Positions 1 through 11,679 of a stretch of 64,000 nt of DNA are shown piece by piece. The notes below the pieces were generated by a model that saw nothing but the letters and a program-made list of their open reading frames with translations, ran no database searches and was not told where the DNA came from. Position 1 is the stretch's first letter. Each line of letters starts with the position of its first letter. Source of the stretch: Callorhinchus milii (lineage: Eukaryota); the NCBI RefSeq assembly GCF_018977255.1, contig NW_024704742.1:33544001-33608000 (forward strand). The letters run 5' to 3'. The translations under genes and the position numbers were made by a program.

Positions 1-234
1 TCAACATTTGCAGAGGGCATCTGACACCATGGGGCAGGACTCCAGAATGAGCTAACACTTTCAGGAGGAGAAACTTGGCAGCTTAAAGAGTCTCGCTGTG
101 CATTGCAGAATATGCAATGCGATAGTTTTTTTTCCCCTGAGTACACATTTCCGCCTTTGACGTTTTAGAAACAATCTAATAATAAATGTTCACATTTTCC
201 AGTTGCCCTTGACAATAAGAGAGATGATGTACTT

Positions 235-410
235 ATATTAATAATCTTTGCATTTGATATAACACTTTATCAGGTCATTGAAATGTATCAAAAAGCTTCA
301 CAGGATTTTGATGTAAAGCAATATATGTAAATGCACATTTGCAACAAATTACAGCAGCCAATTTGTGCAATGTTCTACAAACAGCTATGAAGTGAGTGAC
401 CAATTTCGTA
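235..410 (-). mobile_element. SINE 3' fragment (Deu-domain end plus L2-type tail)
   Basis: Reverse complement resembles the 3' half of the SINE at 1689-2055 (cacaaattggctgctg...atcaaatgcaaagattatt). Confidence 0.7.
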
Positions 411-423
411 AAAAAAATGAAAT

Positions 424-846
424 AACAGCAATCCTTGCATTTGGTACAGTACCTTACATGTTCGGAGGAAGTCTCAAAGTCCTGCACAGCATTTATTGTA
501 AACTGAACGTAAATACAATTTGCAGATAAATGCAATTTACACACAGAAACATCTCACAAACAGCCATAAATTGAATAACCTATTTTATCTTGGAGATTAT
601 TGATCAGGACACTGGGAGAAACTCCCTGCTCTTTTGCCATGGGCTGTTTCACGTGCACCCGAACAGACAGACAGAGCTTCAGTTTAACTTCTCATCGAAA
701 GGATGGCATCTTCGACAATGCAGCGCGCCCCCAACACGACAGGGGAGTGTCAGCCTAGATTGTGAGCTCAAAGTCCCAACTTAGGTTTTCACGCACAATC
801 TTCTGACCTAGAGGCGAGTTGATACCAACTAAGCCATACTGGCACC
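424..846 (-). mobile_element. Deu-domain SINE (SacSINE1/AmnSINE1-like), near full length
   Basis: Minus strand gives a tRNA-like head (tggcttagttggtatc), ctaggctgacactcccc, gtcgaagatgccatcctttcgatgagaagttaaac, cccatggc and an L2-type tail; shared with several other copies here. Confidence 0.8.
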
Positions 847-1688
847 TGCTTCCCCACTAATGGAGCAGGGGAGTGGAAGAGAAAGAAATGGGCAGAGAGA
901 TGAGGGAACAAATTCAAGAGAGGTATCAACTCGGGCCACTCTCATTCACCTCCTCGTGTTCTGAACTAAGGACTCTGGACTCCTGGGTGCAAGTTTCCTA
1001 GCTACCCTTTGAACCCGAGAATGATTGGAATCAAATCTGAAGAGAAACTAAAAATGAAATGAGCAAAATGTTTATAACAACTTACATTTATTTTGCACTT
1101 TTCACATAGTAGCGTCTATGAGAGCTTACACATTAGATGCCTTGGTTTGTATTTTATAAAGGTGACAGCTTCAGAATGAATTTGCCTTCAATGTCTTAAT
1201 GGATATTTTGTACTGCCGACATAGAGATCATTTAGATGTTATCGGACACCAGTAAAATTGCAAGATAGATGGGATAACAGATGGAAATGCTATAATAAGA
1301 GTCAGGAATGCATAGAAATCTAGATTTGTTTGACATAAGGCTTCTTCTAAATGCAATTGCCTTGATGTTTTGATTCTTACATCCTGTTATTCTTGTTAAG
1401 TTACATATGATGCAAATAGACGTGTTAAGAATTCTTCCAGAAAAGTGCAGCTGAATCCATTGCACTCTGTAAGCTAGGCTACTAAAAATAGTGCCCGCTT
1501 TCCGGTTTTGCAATTAACTCTACAGAGCAGGCACAGATACAAAATGATTTGGATTGATACATTTTAGGAATTAAATGAAGAATTTAATTAGTGATAAATC
1601 TCAACATTAAATGGCTATTCAATTAATTTTTTTGCACATGGCCAATTTTCACTTCAGAAGACATTCTTTTCCCCCCTTCTACTTGTAT

Positions 1689-2055
1689 GGAGTCCTGTAG
1701 TTTAGTGGTTAGAGCACTCGCCTCGCAAGCGAGAGGATCCGGGTTTGATTCCCAGCGGGGCGAAATGTTGGGCAAGTTTCCTGACTCTACATGCCTCTGT
1801 TTACCTAGCAGTAAGTGGGAATCCAGTTGTTAGTCGATTGGCAGATCGCTTTTCTGGTGGTAATAATCCCTTCAAAAAAAAATAATAATTTGGTCAATCA
1901 ATCCACAACTCTTTGTGGGACATTGCTGTGCACAATTGGCTGCTGCGTTTCGCCCACAAAATACACTCAATTCACTTTACAGCATATTCTGTAAATCGCT
2001 TTGAGACATCTCGAAGACATGATAAGGCGCTATATCAAATGCAATGATTATTAAT
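1689..2055 (+). mobile_element. Full-length tRNA-derived SINE (SINE2-1_CM-like) with CORE-like middle, Deu-like 3' segment and L2-type tail
   Basis: Head GGAGTCCTGTAGTTTAGTGGTTAGAGC...GGGTTTGATTCCC has A/B boxes; tail gataaggcgctatatcaaatgcaatgattatta; at least 5 similar copies in window. Confidence 0.9.
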
Positions 2056-2266
2056 ACTTGGGTGCCCTGTGGTACTTTCCCCTTGGCCAAACCATCTTCA
2101 GTTGCTTCATTGATGATCCCTAAATCATAAGCAGAATTCCACAGTTCAGTTCCACCATTGACCAGCAGTTTAACTGGACCAGATACATCAACAGCAAAGC
2201 TGCAAGAGGAGGTCAGAGGTGAGGTATTGATGGCCCACCTCATCAATTTTTAAAAGTCTCTCTCTG

Positions 2267-2740
2267 CCATCTTCAAAACTCAAGTCAAGAGTGGGATGAA
2301 ATGGTATCTCTCAACTAGAACCCCAACACTCAAGTGACTCAACATCATCCAGGAGAAAGCAGTTCACTTGATCCTTCGCTCGATCCCAGCATCCAACTCA
2401 TTTGTTCATGCACTATCTACAGAATGTGCAGCAGCAATTTGCCAACCTCACGTCGGTAGCACTTGGGCCAGCCCCGCAACCTTCTCTATAGAAGAACAAG
2501 GAGAGCATCACAGAAACACCATCACCTCCAAGTCCCCCTTCAAGTCACACACAATCCTGACTTTTTGGGTCAAATTCCTATAACTCCTTTCCCAACACCA
2601 TTGTTGACTCAATATCGTCTCAAGGACTAGAGTGGTTTGAAGAGAAGGGCCAGCTTCATGTTCTCAAGGCACCTTGGGATGGGCAATAAACAGCTGGCAT
2701 TCAAGAAAAAACCCAGTATCACCCACATCCTATGAAAAAG
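2267..2740 (+). mobile_element. Old CR1-superfamily LINE 3' end
   Basis: Decayed ORF2 C-terminus (catcatccaggagaaagcag...) ending gggatgggcaataaa...gctggc...cccacatcc-A; same tail at 6830-7035. Confidence 0.7.
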
Positions 2741-3142
2741 TAGAGTCCTTAAAATCCTTCTCTCGAGCCACAAATATCACAGTGTGAAATAGGTCAGTTA
2801 TTTTCCACCCACTCTTTTCCCATAAGCAAGCAGCCTTAAATCATTTTGTTTGAGAAGTGGAAAAGCATTTGGAAAATTTAATTTAGGATGGAATAATGTT
2901 TTAGTCCCTTTAAATAATCTGCAACAATTACATAAAGTAAGCGAGAATAGCAGTATTAAAGGCAAACCTTCAATTAAGTTCCATTTATCCTCGCCAAGCA
3001 TCTAAATCAAGGATGTGAGCAGTCAATCAGTCATACTGGATCATAATCTGGACCCAGTTGTGTGGGAGGGAACAGAGCTCCAAACATACAGTGTTAACTC
3101 AAACACATGTATGGAGCCCCGCTTTGTCCGTGAATGAAATTA

Positions 3143-3248
3143 GACAAGATACAATACAAAATAACATTTGTAAAGCGCCTTTCACGGCGGGAGGACATCC
3201 CAAGGCGCTGAACAGTCAGGGATTAGGACCCGAGCGGGCGTGGGGGAA
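3143..3248 (-). mobile_element. L2 LINE 3' tail
   Basis: catttgtaaagcgcctttcacggcgggaggacatcccaaggcgctg matches the tails of the longer L2 copies. Confidence 0.85.
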
Positions 3249-3877
3249 ATATCGTTGTATATTCCTTACGAAAATATTCGACATGAAAATGTAATGATGA
3301 ATGTAACTGGAGGGGTGCAAAGGTTTTACCCTCAAGGCAAGTGACCACAATCAGCTGTTATCAACTGCAATATGATCCATGTGATAAATATCAATCAATT
3401 CATTTTTNCTTCCATAAAGTGTTTTGTAGCTTCTGCACAAGTCAGCACGTAAGTGCTCCTGCATGACAAATCAACATTTGCTTACAATATGGAGTGACTG
3501 AAAATATGGTGATCTTTATAAGCTTTTATTTCACATTAACTTCGACTGGATACTCTGAAATGCTAGGAAAGTAGAGGAAATCTATCTACTTTCCCCCACT
3601 GTTCTCCTAGTTTCTACAATTCTCTCAGTTTTGAACAATCTCACCAGAAGATTTGGATTTTCTGAGAGCAGATTAAAAAACAAACACACAATAAAAGATC
3701 ATTGTAGAAGTGATTTTCTTAGAAGAACAGGAAATAATCCTCCAAAACTGGACAGTTTAGAGCTTTGCTCTCTAGAGTTGAGACCTGATAGAGGTGTTTT
3801 AAGGTTCCGAAAGGATTCAGTAAAGTGGGTGTGTTTTCACAGTTGTTGGCAAGTCCAAAGCAAAAGGACATAAATAT

Positions 3878-4237
3878 AGTTCTGTAGCCCATTGGTCAGA
3901 GCACTCGCCTCGGAAGCAAGAGGACCAGAGTTAGAATCCCGGGTGGGGCGAAACCTTAAGCAAGTTTCCTTATCCCAAATGCCTGTTTACCTAGCAATAA
4001 ATAGGAACCCTGTTCTTAGTCAATTAACAGATCACTTTCCGGGGGTATTAATCCCTTCAAAAAAAAATTAAATAATTTAGTCACTCAATCTACAACTGTG
4101 TGGAACACTGCTGCGCATAATTGGCTGCTGCGTTCGCCTACAAAATAGTCAATTCACTTTACAGTATATTCTGTGAAGCGCTTTGAGACGTCTCAATAAC
4201 ATGATAAAGCACTATAGTAATGAAAGAATTATTATTA
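3878..4237 (+). mobile_element. tRNA-derived SINE (same family as 1689-2055)
   Basis: Colinear with 1689-2055 from head to attattatt tail. Confidence 0.9.
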
Positions 4238-4239
4238 CA

Positions 4240-4346
4240 CAGGGTGACCAAAAGTTATAATACTGTTACAATGTCTAATAACTAAAAAATATTATTTTTT
4301 AAAAAATAACAGGATAGCTGAAAAATAAGACTTTTTGGTCACCCTA
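4240..4346 (-). mobile_element. Tc1/mariner-type MITE, copy 1 (reverse orientation)
   Basis: TIRs CAGGGTGACCAAAA / TTTTGGTCACCCTA; flanks CA / TA. Confidence 0.85.
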
Positions 4347-4524
4347 TATAACATAACTACTATCAGATCCAACTAGGAGATTAAGAAAAGCTTCCTCATA
4401 CAGAGGGTGGTGACAATGGGGGAAACTCCTTGCCAGGGGCCATGGTTGAAGCAAAAAACATCAATGTATTTAAAGAAAAAAAACTAGATGCATACATGAG
4501 AAAAAAAGGGAATAGAAGAATATA

Positions 4525-4638
4525 CAGGTTGACCAAAATATCATGATAACTACCCGATTATCTAAAAAACGTATATGTCATTATTTCTTTAAGATTTATT
4601 AGTCACTGTAATGGTATTACAAGCTTTTGGTCACCCTG
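4525..4638 (+). mobile_element. Tc1/mariner-type MITE, copy 2
   Basis: TA|CAGGTTGACCAAAA...TTTTGGTCACCCTG|TA, perfect TA TSD, inserted in a CR1 3' end. Confidence 0.9.
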
Positions 4639-5327
4639 TAGAAGAGGGAAAGAGGAGTGGGAGCCTATGTTGAGTAAAAGCTCCAGCAGGGAGTAGTTGA
4701 GTCTAATGGCTGATTGATCCCATTGCTCTATGCAACTCTATGTTTCATCAACTCCGGGTGGAGTTTTTCCGGTGAGGTTGTTCAAAACAAGGATATGGAG
4801 AAACTAGGAGAACAGCTATGGAAATATTCTAAAGGTCATCTTGATTGCTTCTAGTTTCTTAGCATTTCAGAGTCTTCAGAAGTTTCCAAATTGTTGGGTT
4901 CAGTCTAAACTTTGAAGTTGTAGTTCTTAAAAGAACGTACAGAAAACCAGCTTCAAAATGAAGATTATTTAAGAATTTGCCAAATTTGCTCACTTTGTTT
5001 CTCTACTTTTTTTCTAAACAAATTAGAAACCCTAAGATAGATCGGTTAGTTTTAAAGTACACAAATCTGTTATTTACAGATTTTAGATATTAATTTTCTT
5101 GCAAATCTAAGAACAAAATTAAAGCAATTTTTTGTTGTTTTTTTAAAAAAAAACAGTGAGCCTGCAAATGGACACAAAGAATAAAAAAACTAAATGATAA
5201 TAAGCATAGTAATAAAAAAATGGAAATAATATCAAAGAAATGAAGTGGACACAAGATTGAGGAGTCAGATTCGTTTGAAACAACTTGTTGAAAGATAAAA
5301 TCTTATAATACAAGTCACTGGATCACT

Positions 5328-5445
5328 TATAATAATCCTTGCGTTTGATATAGCGCCTTGTCACATCTTTGAGACGTCTCAAAACACTTCACAGAATATA
5401 CTGTAAAATTGACTGTATATTTTGTGGGCGAAAAATAGCAGCCAC
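5328..5445 (-). mobile_element. SINE 3' tail fragment
   Basis: aataatccttgcgtttgatatagcgccttgtcacatctttgagacgtctc is the reverse complement of the SINE tail. Confidence 0.8.
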
Positions 5446-6096
5446 TTACATTATAGGGAAAGAGCAGCTTTTTACAACATTTGTGAATATTGATGGCTTA
5501 TACAATGGATTTGTGAACTAGTACGATCAAAACGACATGCTCTATTAATATGTAAATCAGGTTGGCACCATTAGAATGAAAGAAGAGAAGAGCCACATTA
5601 TGATTCCAGAAGCTGCTTAATAAACCCACTTGATGTTCCACAGCCAGCAAACATGAATTCTGTTTTGCTGATCGTTTTGCCAATTGTAAGTTCAACAAGG
5701 CAGAAGCACTGTGATAATGCACAACGACTGCTGCTCAATAAGAAGCAAGTGTGGACTAGAATATGATGACAGCATGGCACATGAGGTTACCACGCAAGCT
5801 ACCGATACAAGGTGCGCACAATGAACATGTAGCCTGATCCTGCTGTGACTAATACTGCCAGAGACAAGGACCGTGCCTTAATAGTGAAGGCAACTGGACA
5901 CCAATCGTCCAGCAGCCAGTATGTTTCATTCGCAGTTGTGTTGGTTCTGTGCTGGACACCAGTTGCACAGCATGTGTAGTGATGGTATGTCATCACACAG
6001 CAGCCATCGTGTGCAAGTTGAGGAGAATGCTCTCTGTGTCACCCTTACAGGTGTGCTGCTTGCTAAAATGTGCTCACTGAGGTCCCAGCATGGGAT

Positions 6097-6340
6097 CAAC
6101 AACTTGCATTTATATAACACCCTTCACATGAAAACTTCTCAAAGCACAACAATGATGGGGTTGGATGCTGAATAGGGGAGTGGGGGAAAGGGGGAGGCAG
6201 CAATAATTGTCGTCAAAGAGAGAGTTTTTAAGGTGGGATTCGAAGACATAGAGTAGGGCGAGATGGAATGGGTAAAGGGAGGGAGTTCCAGAGATTAGCA
6301 GCATTGAAATCGAATATTCAACCACAGACGGAGAGGCATG
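6097..6340 (-). mobile_element. L2 LINE 3' fragment
   Basis: caacaacttgcatttatataac tail, G-rich 3' UTR and gggagttccagag (LWNSLP on the minus strand). Confidence 0.7.
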
Positions 6341-6829
6341 CAGCATGCCTGACCTAAAAATGAACCTTAACATTCTGCTTACAATACATGTTCACAAGCT
6401 GAGTTTCTGCTATTTGCCTAAACTCCACACAAGCAAGAACGAGTAGAAAATTGGTTGAGTGAATAAAGTAAATTTACATAGGCTCAAGTGAAGTGTTCAT
6501 TTTTGGCAGTGAAGATTGTCATTTCAAATCATTAAAAGTGAGTTTCAATGGGATAAATTTATTTTTCCACCTGGCAAATGGCATTTTAGTGTCCCAACAA
6601 TGGCAACAGTGGGGAATAATTGGTGGAAATTTATTTAACAAATGCTCAAAAATCTACGTATAACACAATTAGTTTGCCTCATGGTTTAATTGACTATACT
6701 AAACCACTACTTTTGATATTTAAAGTAATACATTTGCAAGTTGCAGTAAAAATGAAGAGAATTTGAGCAAACTGTTTGTAAAAGAAGTCTGCTTGAAATG
6801 TTTCAAAATGTTCAAAGGTAACAGTCATG

Positions 6830-7035
6830 TCTCTCACCAATGCACTGTGGTTGCAGTACATGTTGTAAACGAATGCATTGCAGCAACTCACCAGCCATGA
6901 TTTGAAAGTACAAGCCAGCACTGCAAGGATTGAAACGGTTTAAAGCGAAGGATCACCACTTTTCAGTGTAACCAGACATGGGCAATAAATGCTGGCTCTA
7001 CTGACATTGCTCACATCCCAAGAGGAATTAAAAAG
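6830..7035 (+). mobile_element. Old CR1-superfamily LINE 3' end, internally deleted
   Basis: gcattgcagcaactcacc...atgggcaataaatgctggc...cacatccca, same family as 2267-2740. Confidence 0.65.
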
Positions 7036-7729
7036 AAATATGAAATGTACTATGTAACTACAAATTGTTGTTGTAAGCTAAACTAACTGACTTAAGAATT
7101 AAAAGCTTACACACTAACACTTCCTACTTGGATTAAGATCTCAATTTTGGAAGTCAGGGTTTTGAGGAAGTCTGAAATAAGCATCTTCGGAAATTTTATC
7201 TGATAATAAAAGATGAAACTCATACCCATTAATGCGAACACAAGAACAACTCATGAAACACTTTGGAATTGTTCATTTCAGGGACAGTGCATCTGCAAGT
7301 CTTTTCATGAGTGATTTTGGCAAAAACAATTGGGAACCTTTATGCCATTTATTTTCCCAAATACAGATGGGATTGTTTTGATTTTAAGATCACTTCTCGC
7401 AAACAAGGACTTTTTTTGACATCGGCGCAGGGAAAGTGCAGATCACTTTGTTGGCTATCACTATCTTGCTTAGAGACATTATCTAAAGCATTTATTGAAT
7501 TTTCTACTGGCAGACAGTTCCGTAGTGATATGAATCCCAGCCAAGTACATTAAATGATGTAGTCTTTCTGGTGACTGCCCAACCATGTGTTACTCTTTAG
7601 CTATTAGGCAAATAAATACTTTTATGCTTTAGTTGAGCTGTGTTACTTTTGGTTCAGTCGTGAGATAATCCATCAAATTCAAGATTAGAGTTAAAGGGGT
7701 GGCCTTTGGAATAATATGCTGGTAATTAA

Positions 7730-8088
7730 CAGAAACCAAAGCCCTAACTGGTAAGGTGGTCCCAGCTGGACAAGCAGTGGGAAAGCTTGCTGGACAGTGA
7801 TATCAATGGCAAGCTTTGCGGTTTTAGCTGGTTAGACTCCAGCAGTTACCCCAACACACACTCTGGGGTCCCTAAGCCTTGGTTCTTGCCAACGTGCGCC
7901 TAATACTTTCTGGAATTAGGTCAGCAGGATATGTCCCTCCAGAGAGAGAGTGCGCTTCCATTCCAACAATCTATCTCTGAGATTTCCATGTGTAGATGGA
8001 TTGCATGGAATTCTCAGCTTGGTTTGGATACTCTTAAGCATTGGTGGTGGGTTTCTGTATGTGTCAAGATACCCAGCTGCCCAAAAAA
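7730..8088 (+). mobile_element. 5'-truncated copy of the unclassified oligo(A)-tailed retroposon (see 40415-40980)
   Basis: ttttagctggttagactccagcagt...tttccatgtgtag...ttggtttggatactcttaagca...gatacccagctgcccAAAAAA is colinear with the reverse complement of 40415-40770. Confidence 0.85.
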
Positions 8089-9258
8089 GGTAAATGTCAG
8101 AATTAGTATGGGAAACTGCTTTATAATCTGATCAGATGAGTCCAATGTTTCACCTACCATATAATTAGTGAAGTACAAAAAAAGGCCGACTTCTAGGTCA
8201 TCGGCGATTTCACTTGATAATAATAAATTTAAGGATTGTAAGTAGGAAGCACTGCTCACATTACTTCCTGAATGCTGTGCATATTACTGAGATGAAGTCA
8301 AAACGTATTTAGCCTTTTCGTTTTCCTATGTCTGGAACAATCTCCACATAGTAAAAAGATTTTAACATATTTGAACCATTTGCAAACAAGAGCTGACATT
8401 AATGACACAACAGGATCTTAAACAACTTGCATTTACATAACAGGAATCAATTTCCAATGTGTACATTACTGCTGATTTTGCGAGGGATGTTAGTACGCTT
8501 ATTATTCTTTATAAAGATTGTTTTTTTTTAAACTGTTGTCGTTTTAAGATCCTGGATTCAGAATTTGGCCTTCCCCTTTACTCTACCATTCTCAATGATT
8601 GGGTATTATTTTAATGCTGTGTTGCATATAGGAAAGAAAGTTATAAACTCCAAATAATAATATTCCTTTGCATTTTATATACGGACATTTATGCCAGGTG
8701 GGCACCTCAAAGCTCTTCAGACAATCTTCAAGCCTATTTCATTTTGAAGTATAATTATTAATACTGGTCGCTCTGATTTACAAATGTAGCTGTGTGTTTC
8801 ACAAGTTAAAATGTCTAACCTTGCTATATGGATCAATGCTCTTTTGGAATTACTGTAATTGTTTCATATGGTTTGATAAGTGAAATAATACTCTAGTTTC
8901 ATTATATTGGCATGTAGTTAACATGCACAGATAGTCATTAAAGTTACTTGACCTCAATAGCATCCACTGTTGTTAACTGACTCAATGGAGCGAGCTATTG
9001 CCTTTGAGGAGCTGAGATTGCAGAGCCTAGAATAAAGACCATTTTCTTCAAGAGTCACAAGTGGAATGACCTTTCTTCCAGACAAGCACTTCAAAGCACA
9101 CTTTCCAATAAATGTTTGATCCTCAGATTACTTAAAATGACCTCTAGCTACAGTCTGTCATTGTAACGCAATTTTATATTTCCTTGGGGTGATATTAGTA
9201 CAGGTGAGATTGCATTCAGTCAAATTTGACATCTGTGCACAGTTAGGAAAATGACATT

Positions 9259-9648
9259 AATAATACTTGCATTTGATAGAGCGCCTTGTCACACTGTTAA
9301 AGTCTCAAAGCGCTTCACAGGATATACTGTGTACTTCGTGGGCGGAACATGGCACCCAGTTGGGACAGCAATTACCCACATTCAGCCATGAAGTGAGTGA
9401 GTGACCAATTTTATTTGGAGGATTGTTGGCCAGGACATTGGGAGAATCTCCCTTCTCAAATAATGCCCTGGGATCTTTAACATGAGCCTGAACGGGCAGA
9501 TGGTTTAACTTCCCATCCAAAGGACAGCACCTCCGACAAAGTAACACACCTCCAGCACTGCAATGGGAGTGTCAGCTTATACTGTATGATTCCAAGCCCA
9601 ATCGTGGGGCTGATTCTGATTCAAAGACAAGAGTGCCAGACTGTCACC
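9259..9648 (-). mobile_element. Deu-domain SINE
   Basis: Colinear with 424-846 (gggatctttaacatg...ggacagcacctccgaca...gggagtgtcagc). Confidence 0.8.
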
Positions 9649-10089
9649 ATAATGTATTTGTAACCATTCTGTTCAATGACTTAGACTGAGCACTGACAAT
9701 TTAACAGCTGGAATTAACACTTTCGAACAATCCAGTTGAATTCTTTGAGCCCAAGGCTACTTCACCCTGGTTGCATCACCAAGAGAAATCTAATCAGTTT
9801 CCGGCTTTTAGCTTCCCTCGACACATCCTGTGGATTGACCATTTCATTGAAAATCAATTCCTGCACCTTGGCTTTGTGGTTAGGATGCATTGACTGAGTG
9901 AATTATGACTGGATTATTTAGCCTTGTGCTGTAAGATAATATGCTTTATTGATAACAAAATACCAAACATGCAAATGCAAGACACTGTGCAAAACAGAGC
10001 TAATGGTTACTTTACATAATTTCATAATTTAAGAATTTCTAAATAAGATGACTTTCACCAAATGTTTGTGAGAAATGTATGTTTTATTC

Positions 10090-10304
10090 ACCTTCCTATT
10101 TTTGCTCTCCTTGAAGCATTGATTGTGCTGGAATAACGCTCCATAGGCACCAACTCCCTTCCAGTACCTTTCCAATGAAGCTGATGCCAACTGTAGTGCA
10201 TCTACTGCTGCCCCAGCTAAAGTGAGTTAACTCAGTATGGATTAGGGATAGTCTGGTTCAGCCACTCACTATACAGTGACTTTATCAACTGAGCCATTTG
10301 GCAC
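10090..10304 (-). mobile_element. LF-SINE-like SINE relic, internally deleted
   Basis: Minus strand: tggctcagttg head, ctgagttaactcactttagctggggcagcagtag...ctacagttggcatcag, aggtactggaagg...gcttcaaggagag; resembles LF-SINE motifs as remembered. Confidence 0.6.
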
Positions 10305-10444
10305 TGTGTTCTACCATTTTTAACAGTATATCATTCATGATCTTAAGGCTTCATTTTTAAAACATTTGTTGTCTATTTTTATAGCAAATTTGTACCAAAC
10401 TGCTTTTTCTTCCCTTCATTTCCTATTTACAGCTGTGAATGTGA

Positions 10445-10790
10445 CATAAGGGAGCTGCTCAAAGCCTGGAGGCAAGAAATAGGAGAGACATTAGGATGAT
10501 TCTCAATGTTAGAGGGCTAACTGTGAGCAGGGATTAGCTTGGGCTCTTCAGCCTTGGAAAGAGAAATCTGAAGGGACCTCATAGAGGTATTTAACTATCG
10601 AAATGGAATTGAGAAATTAAACCCAGAACTATACTTTCAGATACGTTAAGTTAGCAGAACACGGCGGCACAGGTTCAGGGTTGTAAAGGGCAATTTCAGA
10701 ATAGATAACAAGAACGATTTCTGACTTTCCATTGCCAAACACATCACCTTGGAGCCAGTTGAGCTCCAATAAGACCTTGCTTTCCCCGTA
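10445..10790 (+). mobile_element. CR1 LINE ORF2 3' fragment
   Basis: cttgggctcttcagccttgga...gacctcatagaggtattt (LGLFSL...DLIEVF). Confidence 0.75.
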
Positions 10791-11679
10791 GAGGATAGTC
10801 ACTACTTGGTTATTTGACATCCGACAAACACTCGCTAGGTAGATGGCAAGTATCAGGAAATACAAAATACTTTGAGGACAGATTCTCATGAATCACGTCA
10901 TCTGTAACAGATCAAATAAACGTTATAATAGGTCTGGTTTATAACAGTGGAGTGTGATAGTACTGAAGCCAAATGTTTGTTTTGGTGGCCGTGTCTCAGT
11001 CCACATGGTTTTAAAAGAGCCGCACGCAGCCTTTTGTGTTGCACTCCACATCAAAGATTTGCCTCTGAATAACTTGGGATCATTAATTTGCAGTACAATT
11101 TGCTTATCATGATGGTCTTGGAATTTCTCCCATTTTATTATTCTGCCATTGTTTGTTGCTTTTAGTTTCAGTGAAAATTGTGTAGGGGCAGCCCCAGTGG
11201 TGTAGTGGATAGCGTTGCAGCAATGGAACATATTATAAGAAGGTACTTGATCAGCCATTGGGCCTTTTTTCGCTCTTTCCTATACGTGTCTATGCACTAG
11301 TACGTCAACTACCAGCCAGTTGCAGACTGGCACTAGTAGTGTTGAGAGTAAACTACCTGCCCACTGACTCAGCAGAGAAATGTTATATTGTACTGGATAA
11401 TGATGGGAAACCCAAAGAGGTGTTCAACAATAATACATTTCAAACATTCTTTAACATGAATGAAGGAGAGACCGAGATAATAAAGAAATGGCAAAACAAG
11501 CTGTAGGGGCAAAACTCAAAAGAAAAATGTATCAATGAACTGAAAGTATCACTGTTCTTCTGGTAGCGCACATGCTGTAACAAAAGAGAATCAATTGATA
11601 CAATTCTGCAACAGATTTCGAAAGGAATAAAGGTCTGCAGTGCATCATTTTCAAAATTGAGTTTCACTCGGACCCAAAA

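Larger units (their letters stand above)
3757..4748 (+). mobile_element. CR1 LINE 3' end, interrupted by a SINE and two MITEs
   Basis: Pieces 3757-3877, 4347-4524 and 4639-4748 join into the CR1 ORF2 C-terminus (GHKY...QRVV) and 3' UTR ending ctctatgtttc. Confidence 0.75.
3552..4874. repeat. ~100 bp inverted-repeat arms (3552-3650 and 4770-4874) of an old hairpin-type element, split by later insertions
   Basis: actctgaaatgctaggaaagtagagg...ctgttctcctagtttct...gttttgaacaatctcacc matches the reverse complement of ggtgaggttgttcaaaac...agaaactaggagaacag...cttagcatttcagagt. Confidence 0.8.

Noticed and set aside
1689..1762. tRNA gene
   Set aside because: The tRNA-like sequence is a SINE head; it lacks a proper acceptor stem and continues into the SINE body.
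5500..5990. Possible Harbinger remnant on the minus strand (WLLDD, VELTIG)
   Set aside because: Motifs too short and spacing unconvincing without a profile search.
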